Shown: positions 26,801 to 37,500 of the stretch, one piece after another
Layout of the letters: the number at the start of each line of letters is the position of its first letter
Numbering within the stretch: the stretch's first letter is position 1
Virus record (IMG/VR): IMGVR_UViG_3300042869_000273
Direction: 5' to 3' (one strand)
Source: an uncultured virus (IMG/VR IMGVR_UViG_3300042869_000273)
Taxonomy: Duplodnaviria > Heunggongvirae > Uroviricota > Caudoviricetes
DNA length: 64,000 nucleotides
Notes under the pieces: generated by a model
The model's input: the letters and a program-made list of their open reading frames with translations, nothing else
Databases searched by the model: none
Told to the model about the DNA's origin: nothing
Translations under genes and position numbers: made by a program

Positions 26801-27268
26801 CTTATCCCAGAATCCTGTTTGAGTAGGATCATTACCTGTAGTGTCTTGTTTAGCAATGTATACAGAACCACCATAAACTACTACGTCATTCTTTTGGTAT
26901 GCTGATACAGGATTGTATGTACCTTCATATTGAATACCATCAGCAAATTGTGACCAGTATGTAGTGTTAGGAGGGGTCTGGTTTACACTGTCTAAAACAG
27001 CAATATAGACTTTACCACCATGGGCAATACCATCACCTACTTTGTAATCAACAGCTGTGCTAAAATTACCTCTAAATTTAAACCCTTGAATCATCAAGGC
27101 CCAATATACTGTATTTGTTGGTAAATTACCAGAGGTCTTTAAACCATACGTATATACATAAACGTTACCACCATATTTGACGATATCGTTTGATTCGTAA
27201 GTGGTGGATTGTAACCAGTCACCTGCGAAATGAAACCGTAGTTTCCCTAAATCAATTAATTGTGTCAT
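23900..27268 (-). CDS. virion protein with ~9 aromatic carbohydrate-binding-like repeats and a pectin-lyase-like domain
   Basis: ~49-aa repeats G.W/Y...Y...D.V.YGG..Y.A...TGN.PT...W; FYVAPHG...TIFVKTGTY.E.LP...VGD. Confidence 0.7.
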   Translation of the reverse strand: MTQLIDLGKLRFHFAGDWLQSTTYESNDIVKYGGNVYVYTYGLKTSGNLPTNTVYWALMIQGFKFRGNFSTAVDYKVGDGIAHGGKVYIAVLDSVNQTPPNTTYWSQFADGIQYEGTYNPVSAYQKNDVVVYGGSVYIAKQDTTGNDPTQTGFWDKFVEGISAKSVYNNATAYVPGDLVAYGPNIYRAKVNTTGNIPTNTTQWELLISGTKFQGTYSSVTTYYLNDLVVYGNTLYRSKQEQSNTLPTTTASWEIITGGTLFKGAYVNATAYKKGDLVTYGSNTYIALQDSTGNLPTAASYWELYNAGLKYQGVWSSLTAYKIGEVITYGGSLFQARLDNSNTNPTTTATWDKLVAGFKNKGTWATTTEYGIDEVVSHGGNTYISLIPHASTTFETDLAAVKWQKFNSGVRWRGTWAASTLYLKDDIIKDTIGSAYLATQDHTSSSSFVTDSSKWALFVVGGSDVLPAIQATDAGQSLTVTGNGINLDWLGATQSANVFYVAPHGVDAPAYGKNLTTPYASVRYACDNAPENSTIFVKTGTYDEQLPITIPANVAIVGDNQRTVIIEPKTGLSDDGVTLNSQATMFLMSNGSILNKMTFRGMTGWTPGGTTPSDVTTSTIKGVVVRLNPASPITHKSPYVLECSFIGSGGIGALIDGSVHATGAKTMIFHGYTVISDNGIGYWVKDGGKSEIVSCFTYYCYFGYTASGGGFIRALNGNNSYGTWGATSRGFDVNESALTGALVGQQLNFQYGGGAINVGDTVTGPSGTGIVTNVQYSADKVYVKNTTGTFTAGQALTFTSGGTGSVNTGGLENQKGFVLIVNGLTALPKPGSSISIAGDIFSYVIQSVSGTYTNSSSEIVLILAQEKPNGSPADSVITMRRQYSQIRLTGHDFLSIGTGGVVTTNYPGVPTQPSAQGNETDEAYPGRVYYVSTDQDGNFRVGEYFRIDQATGRATLNANAFDLAGLTSLKLGSIGAQLGETINEFSSDGALSGNSNTAVPTEYAVKTYVDTKTAASTTGIISTNVALGTSNVLVPSQNAAKTYIDAGDAATLTSANSYTNTAVGGISVNELPLVATISTDKTLGSYKMTFSMSTLTLSGATVYTIAPNAYHFVLNPNGFALFN

Positions 27269-27495
27269 AAGAATTTCACCTGTAAATGTCCATTGTTACC
27301 CCACTGAAACTTTAAAGTATCACGAGACCAAACCCATTGTCTATAATCATATTTGTCAATAATACCTTCATCAGGTAACATAACTGGAGAGCCATCATTA
27401 ATGATCTCTATTTCCAAGTTACCTGTGTCTGGATTAAATCTAAATCCATAAAAGGTTTTATCAGCTAAATCTGTACCTTCATAAAAGCCAGCCAT
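27265..27495 (-). CDS. hypothetical virion-module protein
   Basis: ORF track; coupled to neighbours. Confidence 0.6.
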   Translation of the reverse strand: MAGFYEGTDLADKTFYGFRFNPDTGNLEIEIINDGSPVMLPDEGIIDKYDYRQWVWSRDTLKFQWGNNGHLQVKFL

Positions 27496-27821
27496 TATGC
27501 TACTCCTGATAGAATTGAAGCAATAGCGTCAAAAGCATTAGCATCAACACTGATGGAAATTAATTGATCACCAGGTAATAGTATAATTTTATTACCCTTC
27601 ATTACTTCTTCGTTTTCTCCATTACCTACACGTTTATCTTTTACGATATATGCATCGCCAGTAGATTTACGTAGGATAAGACTAACAGGAAGAAAACTAC
27701 CTGTTTTGTTTGCTAAGTTACACCCAATAAGAATTGCTTTGGTATTAGTAGGAGCTGTATAAATCACAACTTCAGTAGTTCCAATATTAGATGCAACAGC
27801 GTTAATAAAATTATTTGCCAT
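27495..27821 (-). CDS. hypothetical virion-module protein
   Basis: ORF track; YTAP...KIILLPGD. Confidence 0.6.
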   Translation of the reverse strand: MANNFINAVASNIGTTEVVIYTAPTNTKAILIGCNLANKTGSFLPVSLILRKSTGDAYIVKDKRVGNGENEEVMKGNKIILLPGDQLISISVDANAFDAIASILSGVA

Positions 27822-27831
27822 TGTTTTCTCC

Positions 27832-30552
27832 TTAACCTAAAGCAATTGCCATTGCCAATATATCATCCATAGTCACAAAGTCTGCAGTATTAGCTAAAGC
27901 AGCTGTTCCAAGACCTAGATTTGCTCTTGCAGTAACCACATTTGCTACATCGCTTAAATTGTTAGCAGGAACTAAAGAGGCTCCTTGTCCTGATACATAA
28001 GCAGATGTCCAACTAGTACCAGTATAGATACGCATACCTACGTTATTTTGAAAGTATAATGTACCACCAACTAAGGTATTACCATCGTTATCAGTTGTTG
28101 GATCATCAGTTTTAACACCTAAGTATCTATCATCAAAACTGTCATAAGCAGCAAAGGCAGAATCTCTTGCCGCCTCAGCACTTAACTGTGCATTTACTGA
28201 AGCATTCTGAGAGATTAATGCATTAGCTGCAGATGTAGCAGCATTAGTTGCATTGTATACTGTTTCATTCTTATAAGATAAAGAAGTAAGCTCTGAAGCT
28301 AAAGCGTTTGTAGCACTGGTACTAGCATTAGTTGCACTTGTAGCAGCATTGGTAGCGCTTGTTGCTGCATCAGTTTTAGATGTTAAAGCAGATGCTGCAC
28401 TACTAGCCGAAGCAGTAGCACTTGTGGCAGATGCAGTAGCTGATGCCTGTGAATTATTAGCTGAAGTTAATGAAGCAGCAGCACTTGAGGCTGAAGCCAA
28501 TTGACTTGTATTAGCTGATGTAGCAGATCCTGCGGATGCAGTGGCACTTGTAGATGCAGAGGATGCACTTGAAGCAGCACCAATCTCAGCAGCTTCAGCA
28601 GCATTCTCGCTAGCTAAAGCATTTGTAGCGCTAATTGCAGAAGCATTCTTAGAGGCTAAAGCATCAGAAGCACTTTGAGCAGCATTTAATTCTGATGATC
28701 CAATATTAGCTAATGATGTAGCGGCACTTGTAGCACTTGTAAGCGCTTGTGTTGCAGACGTAGCAGCATTCGTAGCTGATAAATTAGCTGCAGTAGCACT
28801 ACTTGTAGTTTGTAATGCATAAAACTTTGCTGAATAATTAGTACCATCTACTGCACCTCCTGTTTTAGAGGCCCAGTCCATAGCGAGAGCTTCACTAAGA
28901 TCTGCATTACTAGCACTAGTAGAAGCACTTGCAGCACTTAAAGCAGAATTAGATGCAGATGTTGCAGCTGCAGTAGCACTTTGACCTGCATTATTAGCAG
29001 ATGCTACAACACTAGATAAATAGCCAGAGGCATCAGTAGCACTTGTAGCTGCATTCAAAGCAGATGTATTAGCATCAGAAGCTTTAGAAGAAGCAATATC
29101 TGCACTTGTAGCAGCAGCATTCTTATAATTTAATGCATAGTTTTCAGATGCACTAGAATTGGTCTCAGAAGTAGCAGCAGCATTCTTAGATGCTAATGCA
29201 CTTGTTGCACTTGTAGCGGCACTCTGTGCTGATCCAGCTGCTTCAGTAGCCTTAGTAATTGCTGTTGTAGCATAGCTTTGGGAAGTAGCACTTGAAGAAG
29301 CTGCTTGTGAAGCACTTAAAGCAGCATTTTGAGAAGCTGTTTGTGCTGTTGCATCATAGAATTGCCAGCCAGTAGAGGTAAATACTTTTAGCTTGTTTGC
29401 TACAGTGTTGAAATATTCAGCACCAATCATTACAGGATCACCATTACCATCTAAGGTAGGGTCTGCATTTAACTCACCTAGATAAGTACTTCTAAAAGAA
29501 GCAAGAGCAGCTTGAGCAGCAGCTTGATGAGCAGCAGCATCAGCGGCACTCTGGGCAGCTTCATTAGCCTTAACTGTAGCAATACTAGATTGTAAAGTTG
29601 CAGTTGTTGCTGAAGCAGCAGCACTTGTAGCACTTGTAGATGCTTCAGAGGCTTTAGTAGTTGAAGTAGCAGCACTTGTAGATGCTTCACCTGCTTTTGT
29701 AGTTGCAGTTGTGGCACTTATAGCAGAAGCATTTTTAGAAGCTAAAGCATCAGCTTGACTTAATGCCGCAGCATTTTTACTAGCTTCAGCATTAGTAGCA
29801 CTTAGGTCAGCTAAGTCAGCACTATAATCAGAGGCAACAGCACTTGCTGCAGAAGCAGTAGCACTTTGAGCAGCTTGAGTTGCACTAGTACTAGCATTGC
29901 TTTGACTACTAGCGGCATTATTAGCGCTTGTCAAGGCATTTGAAGCACTAGTAGTAGCAGAAGTAGCTTGGTTAGTTGCTATTGTAGCTTTGGCATCTGC
30001 AGTAGTAGCAGATGTTTGAGCGGCATTTCTATAGAGTAAGGCATTAGCTTCAGAACTAGCTGCAGCATCTTCACTAGCTGAAGCATCAGCGGCTGCTAAT
30101 TGTGAGTCTATAGCGCTATCCTCTGCTAAGTCTGCAGATACACTAGCTTGAGCAGCACTAACAGCGGCATTAGTAGCACTTATAGATGCGGCATTAGCTT
30201 GGGCAATAGAGTTTACAACACTCTGAGCAGCAGCTTGAGCGCTACCACTAGCTAAGTTTGCACTTGATGAAGCAGCAGATGCAGAGGTAGCGGCTTGAGT
30301 TGCACTAGCAGCTGCAGCAGTTACTTTTTGTGCTAGAGTTGTTAACTCAGTAGCAAATTGTAATGCAGTACCAGTATAGCCATTTTGAACAGCAATTTCG
30401 TAAGCGCTATATCCTTGTGCACCTTGACCTCCAGTACGAGATAGCGACATTATATAGTCTACTGTCTGTACTGTTAAAATATTATTTTGTGTAGTTACAC
30501 CAAGCTCAATAGAGCCAGGATTTACAACTACTTCATAATTTTGAGTAGCCAT
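27832..30552 (-). CDS. Ala/Ser/Thr-rich coiled-coil tail fibre-like protein
   Basis: Long SA.NA..SA repeats; SAYEIAV..G motif; NNLSDV...ARANLGLG; AMAIALG end. Confidence 0.75.
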   Translation of the reverse strand: MATQNYEVVVNPGSIELGVTTQNNILTVQTVDYIMSLSRTGGQGAQGYSAYEIAVQNGYTGTALQFATELTTLAQKVTAAAASATQAATSASAASSSANLASGSAQAAAQSVVNSIAQANAASISATNAAVSAAQASVSADLAEDSAIDSQLAAADASASEDAAASSEANALLYRNAAQTSATTADAKATIATNQATSATTSASNALTSANNAASSQSNASTSATQAAQSATASAASAVASDYSADLADLSATNAEASKNAAALSQADALASKNASAISATTATTKAGEASTSAATSTTKASEASTSATSAAASATTATLQSSIATVKANEAAQSAADAAAHQAAAQAALASFRSTYLGELNADPTLDGNGDPVMIGAEYFNTVANKLKVFTSTGWQFYDATAQTASQNAALSASQAASSSATSQSYATTAITKATEAAGSAQSAATSATSALASKNAAATSETNSSASENYALNYKNAAATSADIASSKASDANTSALNAATSATDASGYLSSVVASANNAGQSATAAATSASNSALSAASASTSASNADLSEALAMDWASKTGGAVDGTNYSAKFYALQTTSSATAANLSATNAATSATQALTSATSAATSLANIGSSELNAAQSASDALASKNASAISATNALASENAAEAAEIGAASSASSASTSATASAGSATSANTSQLASASSAAASLTSANNSQASATASATSATASASSAASALTSKTDAATSATNAATSATNASTSATNALASELTSLSYKNETVYNATNAATSAANALISQNASVNAQLSAEAARDSAFAAYDSFDDRYLGVKTDDPTTDNDGNTLVGGTLYFQNNVGMRIYTGTSWTSAYVSGQGASLVPANNLSDVANVVTARANLGLGTAALANTADFVTMDDILAMAIALG

Positions 30553-30553
30553 G

Positions 30554-30991
30554 TTAGAGCTCCGTTGGAGAGTATCTTACTTCAACTAAGCCTCTAAATG
30601 GTTTCCATACTTGTTTTCGAGTACCTACACCTGTATCTCTAATTTCAAGATCAATATAGCCATATACAGGTTTGTTAGGGGATGGTTGTGGAGACCACCC
30701 TGCAATCAATGTTTCTGGTAACACCATAATAAATTGATTATTAGTGTCTGTTGTATCTAATAATGGGATATCAACAGTTACACCGCCTGGTTTTACTGTC
30801 TCTGGAATTGTTCCAGCACCATCGTTATTTGCTTCTACGACTTTACTAAAAATCTCATAATTTGAAATATTAGTAAGCCATGATAGGGTTAAATTTAAAT
30901 GTATCTGTTCACCCTTAATAACAGATACTAGTACTGCACCATCATCAGATATTAAATCCTTTGATGCAGACGTAATTTTACTTCGTGCCAT
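30554..30991 (-). CDS. hypothetical virion protein
   Basis: ORF track; position in tail module. Confidence 0.6.
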   Translation of the reverse strand: MARSKITSASKDLISDDGAVLVSVIKGEQIHLNLTLSWLTNISNYEIFSKVVEANNDGAGTIPETVKPGGVTVDIPLLDTTDTNNQFIMVLPETLIAGWSPQPSPNKPVYGYIDLEIRDTGVGTRKQVWKPFRGLVEVRYSPTEL

Positions 30992-31036
30992 TTTCTTCCT
31001 TTCTCGATCCTCAGATGGAGCTTAGGGTTAATGAAA

Positions 31037-31480
31037 TCACAATTTTTTAATTGCAATGTATCCTCTTCTTTCCCAACCATACCTTTCAAGTATTTTGGTA
31101 AAAGTATTGTCCTCGTCAAAATGACTTCCTGTGGACATAACTAATTTGATATCTAGTCTTTTTGCTTCTTCTATTAATTCTTCATGTAAAACTTTTATAA
31201 CTCTTGCAGCAGAAATTCCTGCTTGATTTGAACAAAAATAAATTTGTTGTAATATCTTTTCTTTTGTATGCAGATTTAATCCAGGGGTAGCATATATCCA
31301 CCCTATGATTTGATTATTTTTAACTGCCATTCTAACAAATTTATTACGTCTAACTAAGTTACTTAAATTATCATATGCTAGTTGTTTATCCGCAGGGATA
31401 AAAGTTTCATCATTTAAATTTAGATACATATCAACACAAAAATGGATATCTTCTAATGTTCTTGGTTTAATTAATTCCAT
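31037..31480 (-). CDS. GNAT acetyltransferase-like protein
   Basis: IIGWI beta-strand, EEAKRL.I, ILERYGWER. Confidence 0.55.
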   Translation of the reverse strand: MELIKPRTLEDIHFCVDMYLNLNDETFIPADKQLAYDNLSNLVRRNKFVRMAVKNNQIIGWIYATPGLNLHTKEKILQQIYFCSNQAGISAARVIKVLHEELIEEAKRLDIKLVMSTGSHFDEDNTFTKILERYGWERRGYIAIKKL

Positions 31481-31501
31481 TAATAATATCTTATAATAAT
31501 A

Positions 31502-31549
31502 TTACCTAGGGGACGCCTAGGATCTCTCTTTAGCGTCCCCTGGTAAATG
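31502..31549 (-). promoter_or_regulatory. repeated element, copy 2, within an inverted repeat
   Basis: 31521-31549 is identical (29 bp) to 52393-52421; arms ttacc(t)aggggacgc / gcgtcccctggtaa. Confidence 0.65.
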
Positions 31550-31566
31550 TAATAATTTTAATTCAT

Positions 31567-34500
31567 TTAAAAACTAAGATTTGCAGTGGGCATACCATTA
31601 ATACCTGCCGTGGTTGATCTTGCTCTTGTATTTAGGTTAAGTAATGGACCTGTGTTATTATTAAGTGCCATTGTTGTAGTTTTACCAGTATAAAATGGAG
31701 GAATAGTTAATGTTTCATAAGTAGTCCATGCACCCGTATTATCGAACCTGTATTCTGTTACAATTGTTATATCTGAACCTGTATCATTATACTTATTAAG
31801 ATCTACCCTAAACCAATAATATGCATTTCTTGGAATAGTTGTTGCTCTTGTAGTTGGATAGTCTAGATATAATTCATATACTACTGGAGGTACATAAGGT
31901 GTTTTAGATGTATCTGCAATATTCCAAGTTACTGAATTACCTGCTTGAATAGTTCTAGCAGCATTAGTGTAGAAAGTACCAGTGACAGTTTCTGTACCCT
32001 CAGTAAACAAATCTGCAGTCATTCCTAAAGTAAAACTTCCAGTACGAGCAGGTATAGTAAATGAGCCTTGTAACGCTTGTTCAGCTGTATCATTTGCCGT
32101 AATATTAGTTCCACTAATTTGCCAATAGATTGTAAAAGGTAACATCGAGTCTGGTATATTTCCAAATGACCAGCTTATAGTAACATTGGCTCCTTCATCA
32201 ACAGTAAAAGGAGAAGCAGTCCAGCTATAGGTAGGAGCACCTACTGAAGTATCGTCAATTACCCAACTAAGTGAGTTTCCAGCCGATACTGTTTTAGCAG
32301 CATCTTTATAGAAAGAAATAACAGCAGTCTCATCTCCCTCTGTTTTACTATCAGCTGCCATTGCAATACTTGGACCAGCACTACTAACAAAGCTACCAGT
32401 TAAAGAACCTGAAGTAAGATCCGAAGCTTCTATTCCTATAATAGTATAATAGAAAACTACAGGAGATTGAGCAGGATTACTTGGAGTAGCAGAAATTTGT
32501 ATACTGCTAGGAGTACCCGTTTCTTTAATCTTTACAGGATCAATAGGTGCTCTGGTAAATGACCAAGTAGTCTGAGAAATATCATTTACAGTAAGAGTTA
32601 ACTTAGAAAGAGGGCCTACTAGCCCAGTTTCAGGATCATAAACTGTAGGTCCAAACTTTATTTGATTTGCTGGTAACCTAGTTGGTAGTGTATAAAACTT
32701 AAATACTAATGTTTCTGTATTTTCAGTAAGTTGGTCTGATAAGGGACTAAATACTTTAATAAAATTTGAACTTAGTAAATCAAATTCTCCATCTATACCT
32801 CCAGTAGTATTAGTAGTTACTAAATCTGTATCAGAAGTATTAACACCTGTACCTAATGCTCTATAATATACTTTTTGAGGATAAGAAGGAATATCAGCAC
32901 TCTGTATTCTTATCCATGTAGGATACCCTTCATCTAATGTACTGGTATACGTTTCATCGGTATCATATAAAGATATCCTATATGAAGGAGGTGATTTTGA
33001 GGTATCCTCAATTACCCAACTAAGAGTATTACCAATTTGGACAGTTCTATTTGAATCAGAATAGAAAGTAATAGTTGCTGTTTCATTACTACCGTCTGTG
33101 AAAGTGTCTGCATATATAAGTATATCTTTTCCATCAGCCGAATTAAAACTTCCAGTTAATGATCCAGAAGATAGATCGCTTGCTAAAATACCTGTTATAC
33201 CATAGTAAACTGTTATTGCTGAAGAACTTGCATTACTTGGTTGTGCAAAGAAAGAAATAAATTGACCTTCTGGTATTGACCCTGTAGCTGGACTTCTAGT
33301 AAATGACCAAGTTGTTTTAGAAGTATCATTTAGTATTACAGATGCAGTATTACCAATTTGGGTAGTAAGTGCAGCATCTGAGTATATAGAAACAGTTAAT
33401 GTTTCTGAATTTTCAGTTAATTGGTCTGCTAAAATATTTACCGCATAAGAAGTAAATGCACTTGTAAGCACAATTGGACCAGAAAGAGCATAATTAGTAT
33501 CTAAAGCTGTAATACCAGTACCAGTAAGTTTATAATATATTGTAACTGGATATAGAGGTATATAACTGCTACTTACAGAAAAATCAATAGCTAAACCTTC
33601 GTTTACACTATTATTACTAATATTAGGAGAAGAAAATTCTACGCTATAATAAGGTGCATTTAAAGAAGTATCATTAACATCCCAAACTAATGTATTACCA
33701 ATTTGAATACTTCTAGTACTATTACTATAGAAGCTTATCTCTACTGTTTCTGGACCTTCAGTAGCAGTATCTGCCGCCATAGTTATAGTTAAACCAGTAT
33801 TAGATGTGAAGCTGCCTAATGTACCAGCTGGATCAAAATCTCCATCAAGGATAGTACCAGTTACACTTTTTAACCAATAGTAAACTGTAATTGGTGCTTG
33901 TGCAGGATTGCTTGGGGTAGCTGTAAATGCGATTGATTTGTTAGTCCCAGTTTCATTAATAGAACCAGTAGCTGGTATTCTAGCAAAGCTCCAAGTCGTT
34001 TTAGAAGCATCCGCTAACACAATAGATACTGGACTACCTAATTGAATTGTCCTATTAGAATCTGAATAAATAGTAAAAGTTAATGTTTCATTTCCTTCAG
34101 TATATTGGTCAGCTGTAACATCGATATCAAAAGATACACTTGGTCCTGGAACATTTACAGATCCTAATATAGGATCAAAACTAGTATCATCTACTGTTAT
34201 ACCAGTGCCAGATAATTTATAATATGCTGTAAAAGGATATGTTAGTACATTGGCACTATCAATAGTAAATGAGAAGTTAGAACCTTCATCTACTGATGTT
34301 TCAGATACTGATAAGCTATAAGATGGGGGTGTCTTAGAGGTATCCCCAATATTCCAACTTAATGGGTTACCTATTGTAATAGTTCTATTAGAGTCTGAAT
34401 AAAAGGTAATTCCTGCTACTTCTGCAAAAGGTTCCGTAAATAAATCCTCTCTCATAGTAAGGATAAGACCTGTATTACTATTAAAGCTACCCTCTAAAGA

Positions 34501-37500
34501 AGCAGAAGTAAAATCTCCTGTTGTTATATTAGTTCCATTTAACCAATAATAGATTGTAATATTTGGGGCTAATGGATTACTTGGAGTAGCAGTAAATGAA
34601 ATAGGTTGGCCTTCATCTATTGTACCAGTTGCTGGTATTCTAGCAAAAGTCCAAGTAGTCTTTGACGTATCTCCAATACTAAAAGAAAGTTGATTTCCAA
34701 TAGTAGTAGTATAATTTGAATCAGAGTAAAATGTTATTACTAATGAGTCAGTACCTTCTGTAAGTTGATCTGCTTGAATTAGGAACGTAATTTCTTCAGA
34801 ACTATCCTCTATCACCCAACTACCTTGTAGTGCATTTAAATTAAAGTCTTCAGTTGTAATTCCAGTGCCAGTAATCTTATAATATATTGAGAGATTAGTA
34901 TAAGAAGGTATAAAACTACTGTTAGCTGTTACAGTCACAGATACACCTTCATCTACAGTAGCTGTATTTGGATCTCTTACGAAAGACCAGGAAGGTGGTG
35001 GTGTTTTAGAAGTATCCGCTATATCCCATGTTACTGTATTTCCTGCTTGGTTAGTAAATGAAGTATCATGATAAAAAGTTAGAGTTACTAATTCAGGATT
35101 AGTTTCTGTAGTTAAATCTGGAGCCATTGTTAAACCAATAGTTTGTCCAGTAGCAGTTATGTTCCACTCAAATGTTGTAGAGTTAGGTGGAGAGCTAAAG
35201 TCTGAAGAAGTAATGTTTGTACCAGTCATTTTACCGTACAATATTTTTGGTAATACTGCGTTTGTACTGATAGTAATAACTTGATTTGAACCCTCATTTA
35301 CAGAAGCAAAAGATCTCGAGAAAACATACTGAGGATCTCCCATTGTCCAAGATATAGAATTACCAATAGGTACAGTTCTTGCTGGATCAGAATACATATC
35401 AAAGAATACAACTTCTCCAAATAAACCTTCTACAGTATAGTCTTCTACACCAGTAAAAGTTAATGTAACTGGATTATCATTATTTAATACTGTCTCTGTT
35501 AATAGAGTGCCACTAATAAAATCTGCACTAGTTAAATTAGCATTTCCTCCAGTTATTTCTCCATAAACAGTATAAGGATAGCTTAGGTAATTAGGCTTTA
35601 TCGTGAGAGTTTGAGTTTGACCTTCTACTACAAAACCTAAACTTCTCTCTACAGAAATAGCATCTATAATTTGCCATTCTAACCCAGTAATAATATCAGT
35701 ACCAGCAGCATCTCTATAAAAAGTTATTTGAAAGGTCTCTGTACCTTCTGTAATATTATCTTCTTTTATTTGAAACAATACTTGCTGATCTACTGATGTA
35801 ACATTAAAAGCTATTACTGAACCTGTTGTAAAGTTAGTATCAGTATCAAGAGTGCCATTACCAGGGGCAATTCGATAATAAATTGTATAAGGATAAGTGG
35901 GTACATTAGTACTCTGAATTCTAACAACCATATTAGTACCTTCTCGTACTAAAGCAGTAGTTGGATTACCAGTTACTTTACTAAATGACCAATTAATAGG
36001 AGTAAGTGAAGTATCTTTTAAAGAAACATTAAAACCAAGATCTGCTAATCTAGTTCTCGGTATTGGCATATCTTTATCTAAAAATATTGTAAAAGATTCA
36101 TCTCCCTCGGTCTTTAAATCTGCTTTAAATTTAAGAGTAAAAGAACCTAAACCACTCGTAGTATTAACATAATATGTATCACCTGAAACATAATTTATTC
36201 CATTAATCTGAGCAATATCATCCTCAGATGCACCTGTAATAGCTGTTAATCCAATAATTGCCCTAGTACCAGTTGGAGCTGATGTAGTTACATCATATGT
36301 ATACTCAATACCTTCGTTAATAGTGTTTGGACCTGATATAGACCAACTATACTCTAATGAAGTATCATTAACAGTAAATTCAACAAATATAGCTGGATTA
36401 TCATCAATACTTAGTCTTAATTTTTTAGGGCCATCTACTCTAAAATCATTTTTGGCTCTAAAGACTATTGATGCACCAGGGGTAGTAGTATTGGCAGGGA
36501 GTGTAAATCTATTAGCAACTACAGTAGCCCCACTACCTAGTGTAACAGTATCTAGCCAATCGTTAGCATCAAAGGGTTGATCCGTGGCCCCTACTGAGCT
36601 AGGTACCTGAGAGAGTGTATAGTTTACTACTCTAGGAGAAGTTGAACTCTCTAAAGTATTTAATGTAACCGCAACATATTCACCTTCATTAATGCTTGTT
36701 ACATTTGCTGGAAACGTTGACAAGTTATAAAACTTTGTATTTTTAAGACTAAATTGCTGTGCTGTACCAACTAGAGCAGTTCCATCAATATTTGTAATTG
36801 TTACAGTAACTGTTTCTGTTTGCTCAAATATATTATCAGATGAAACTACAAGAAAAAATCTAGACGTACTATTACTTATTGTGAAAGTTCCTGTTAATCC
36901 ATCATTAAAATCTGAAGCAGTTACGCCAGTGCCAGACAGAGTATATCTTAATTGTCTGCCAGTAGGAACATTAACAGTGGTTACATCGCACTGAATAACA
37001 GCGAGATTTCCCTCTTGTTCTTGAGCTGTATTAGTACTTAAAATTAAAGTATAACTTGCAGCTGGAAATGTTCCTCCAATATAGCCTGGAGAATGAGTTA
37101 GAGCATTAATATATAATGGATTATGATCTATACTATCAGGTAATATACTTTTAATTGAACTAGATCTAGTTGAAGCATTAAAAAATCTAGATCCAGTAAA
37201 TCCTAAGTTTCCAGATTTAACTTCTTCAGTTATCCTAGGCATCCAAGAAGATAGGTAACCACCACTTTGATTAAAAAAGGATAAATACCTTTCTCTTTTA
37301 AAGTATGAACTATCTAAATAAGTTAATTTATTAACATCTAAATTTGGTAAGAAATATGCAGGATAGTCTACAGCGGGTATAATATATTCTTGTCCACCAT
37401 TAGGTTGTACAAAAGCATCAAAATTAATACTACTTATTGGCTCTATTTTTAGATGTGACTTTGTTGTGTCAAATACACATTGATCAGAACTATTGAATAA

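Noticed and set aside
30995..31035. Possible RNA structure upstream of 30554..30991
   Set aside because: Only short, mismatched pairings; not convincing
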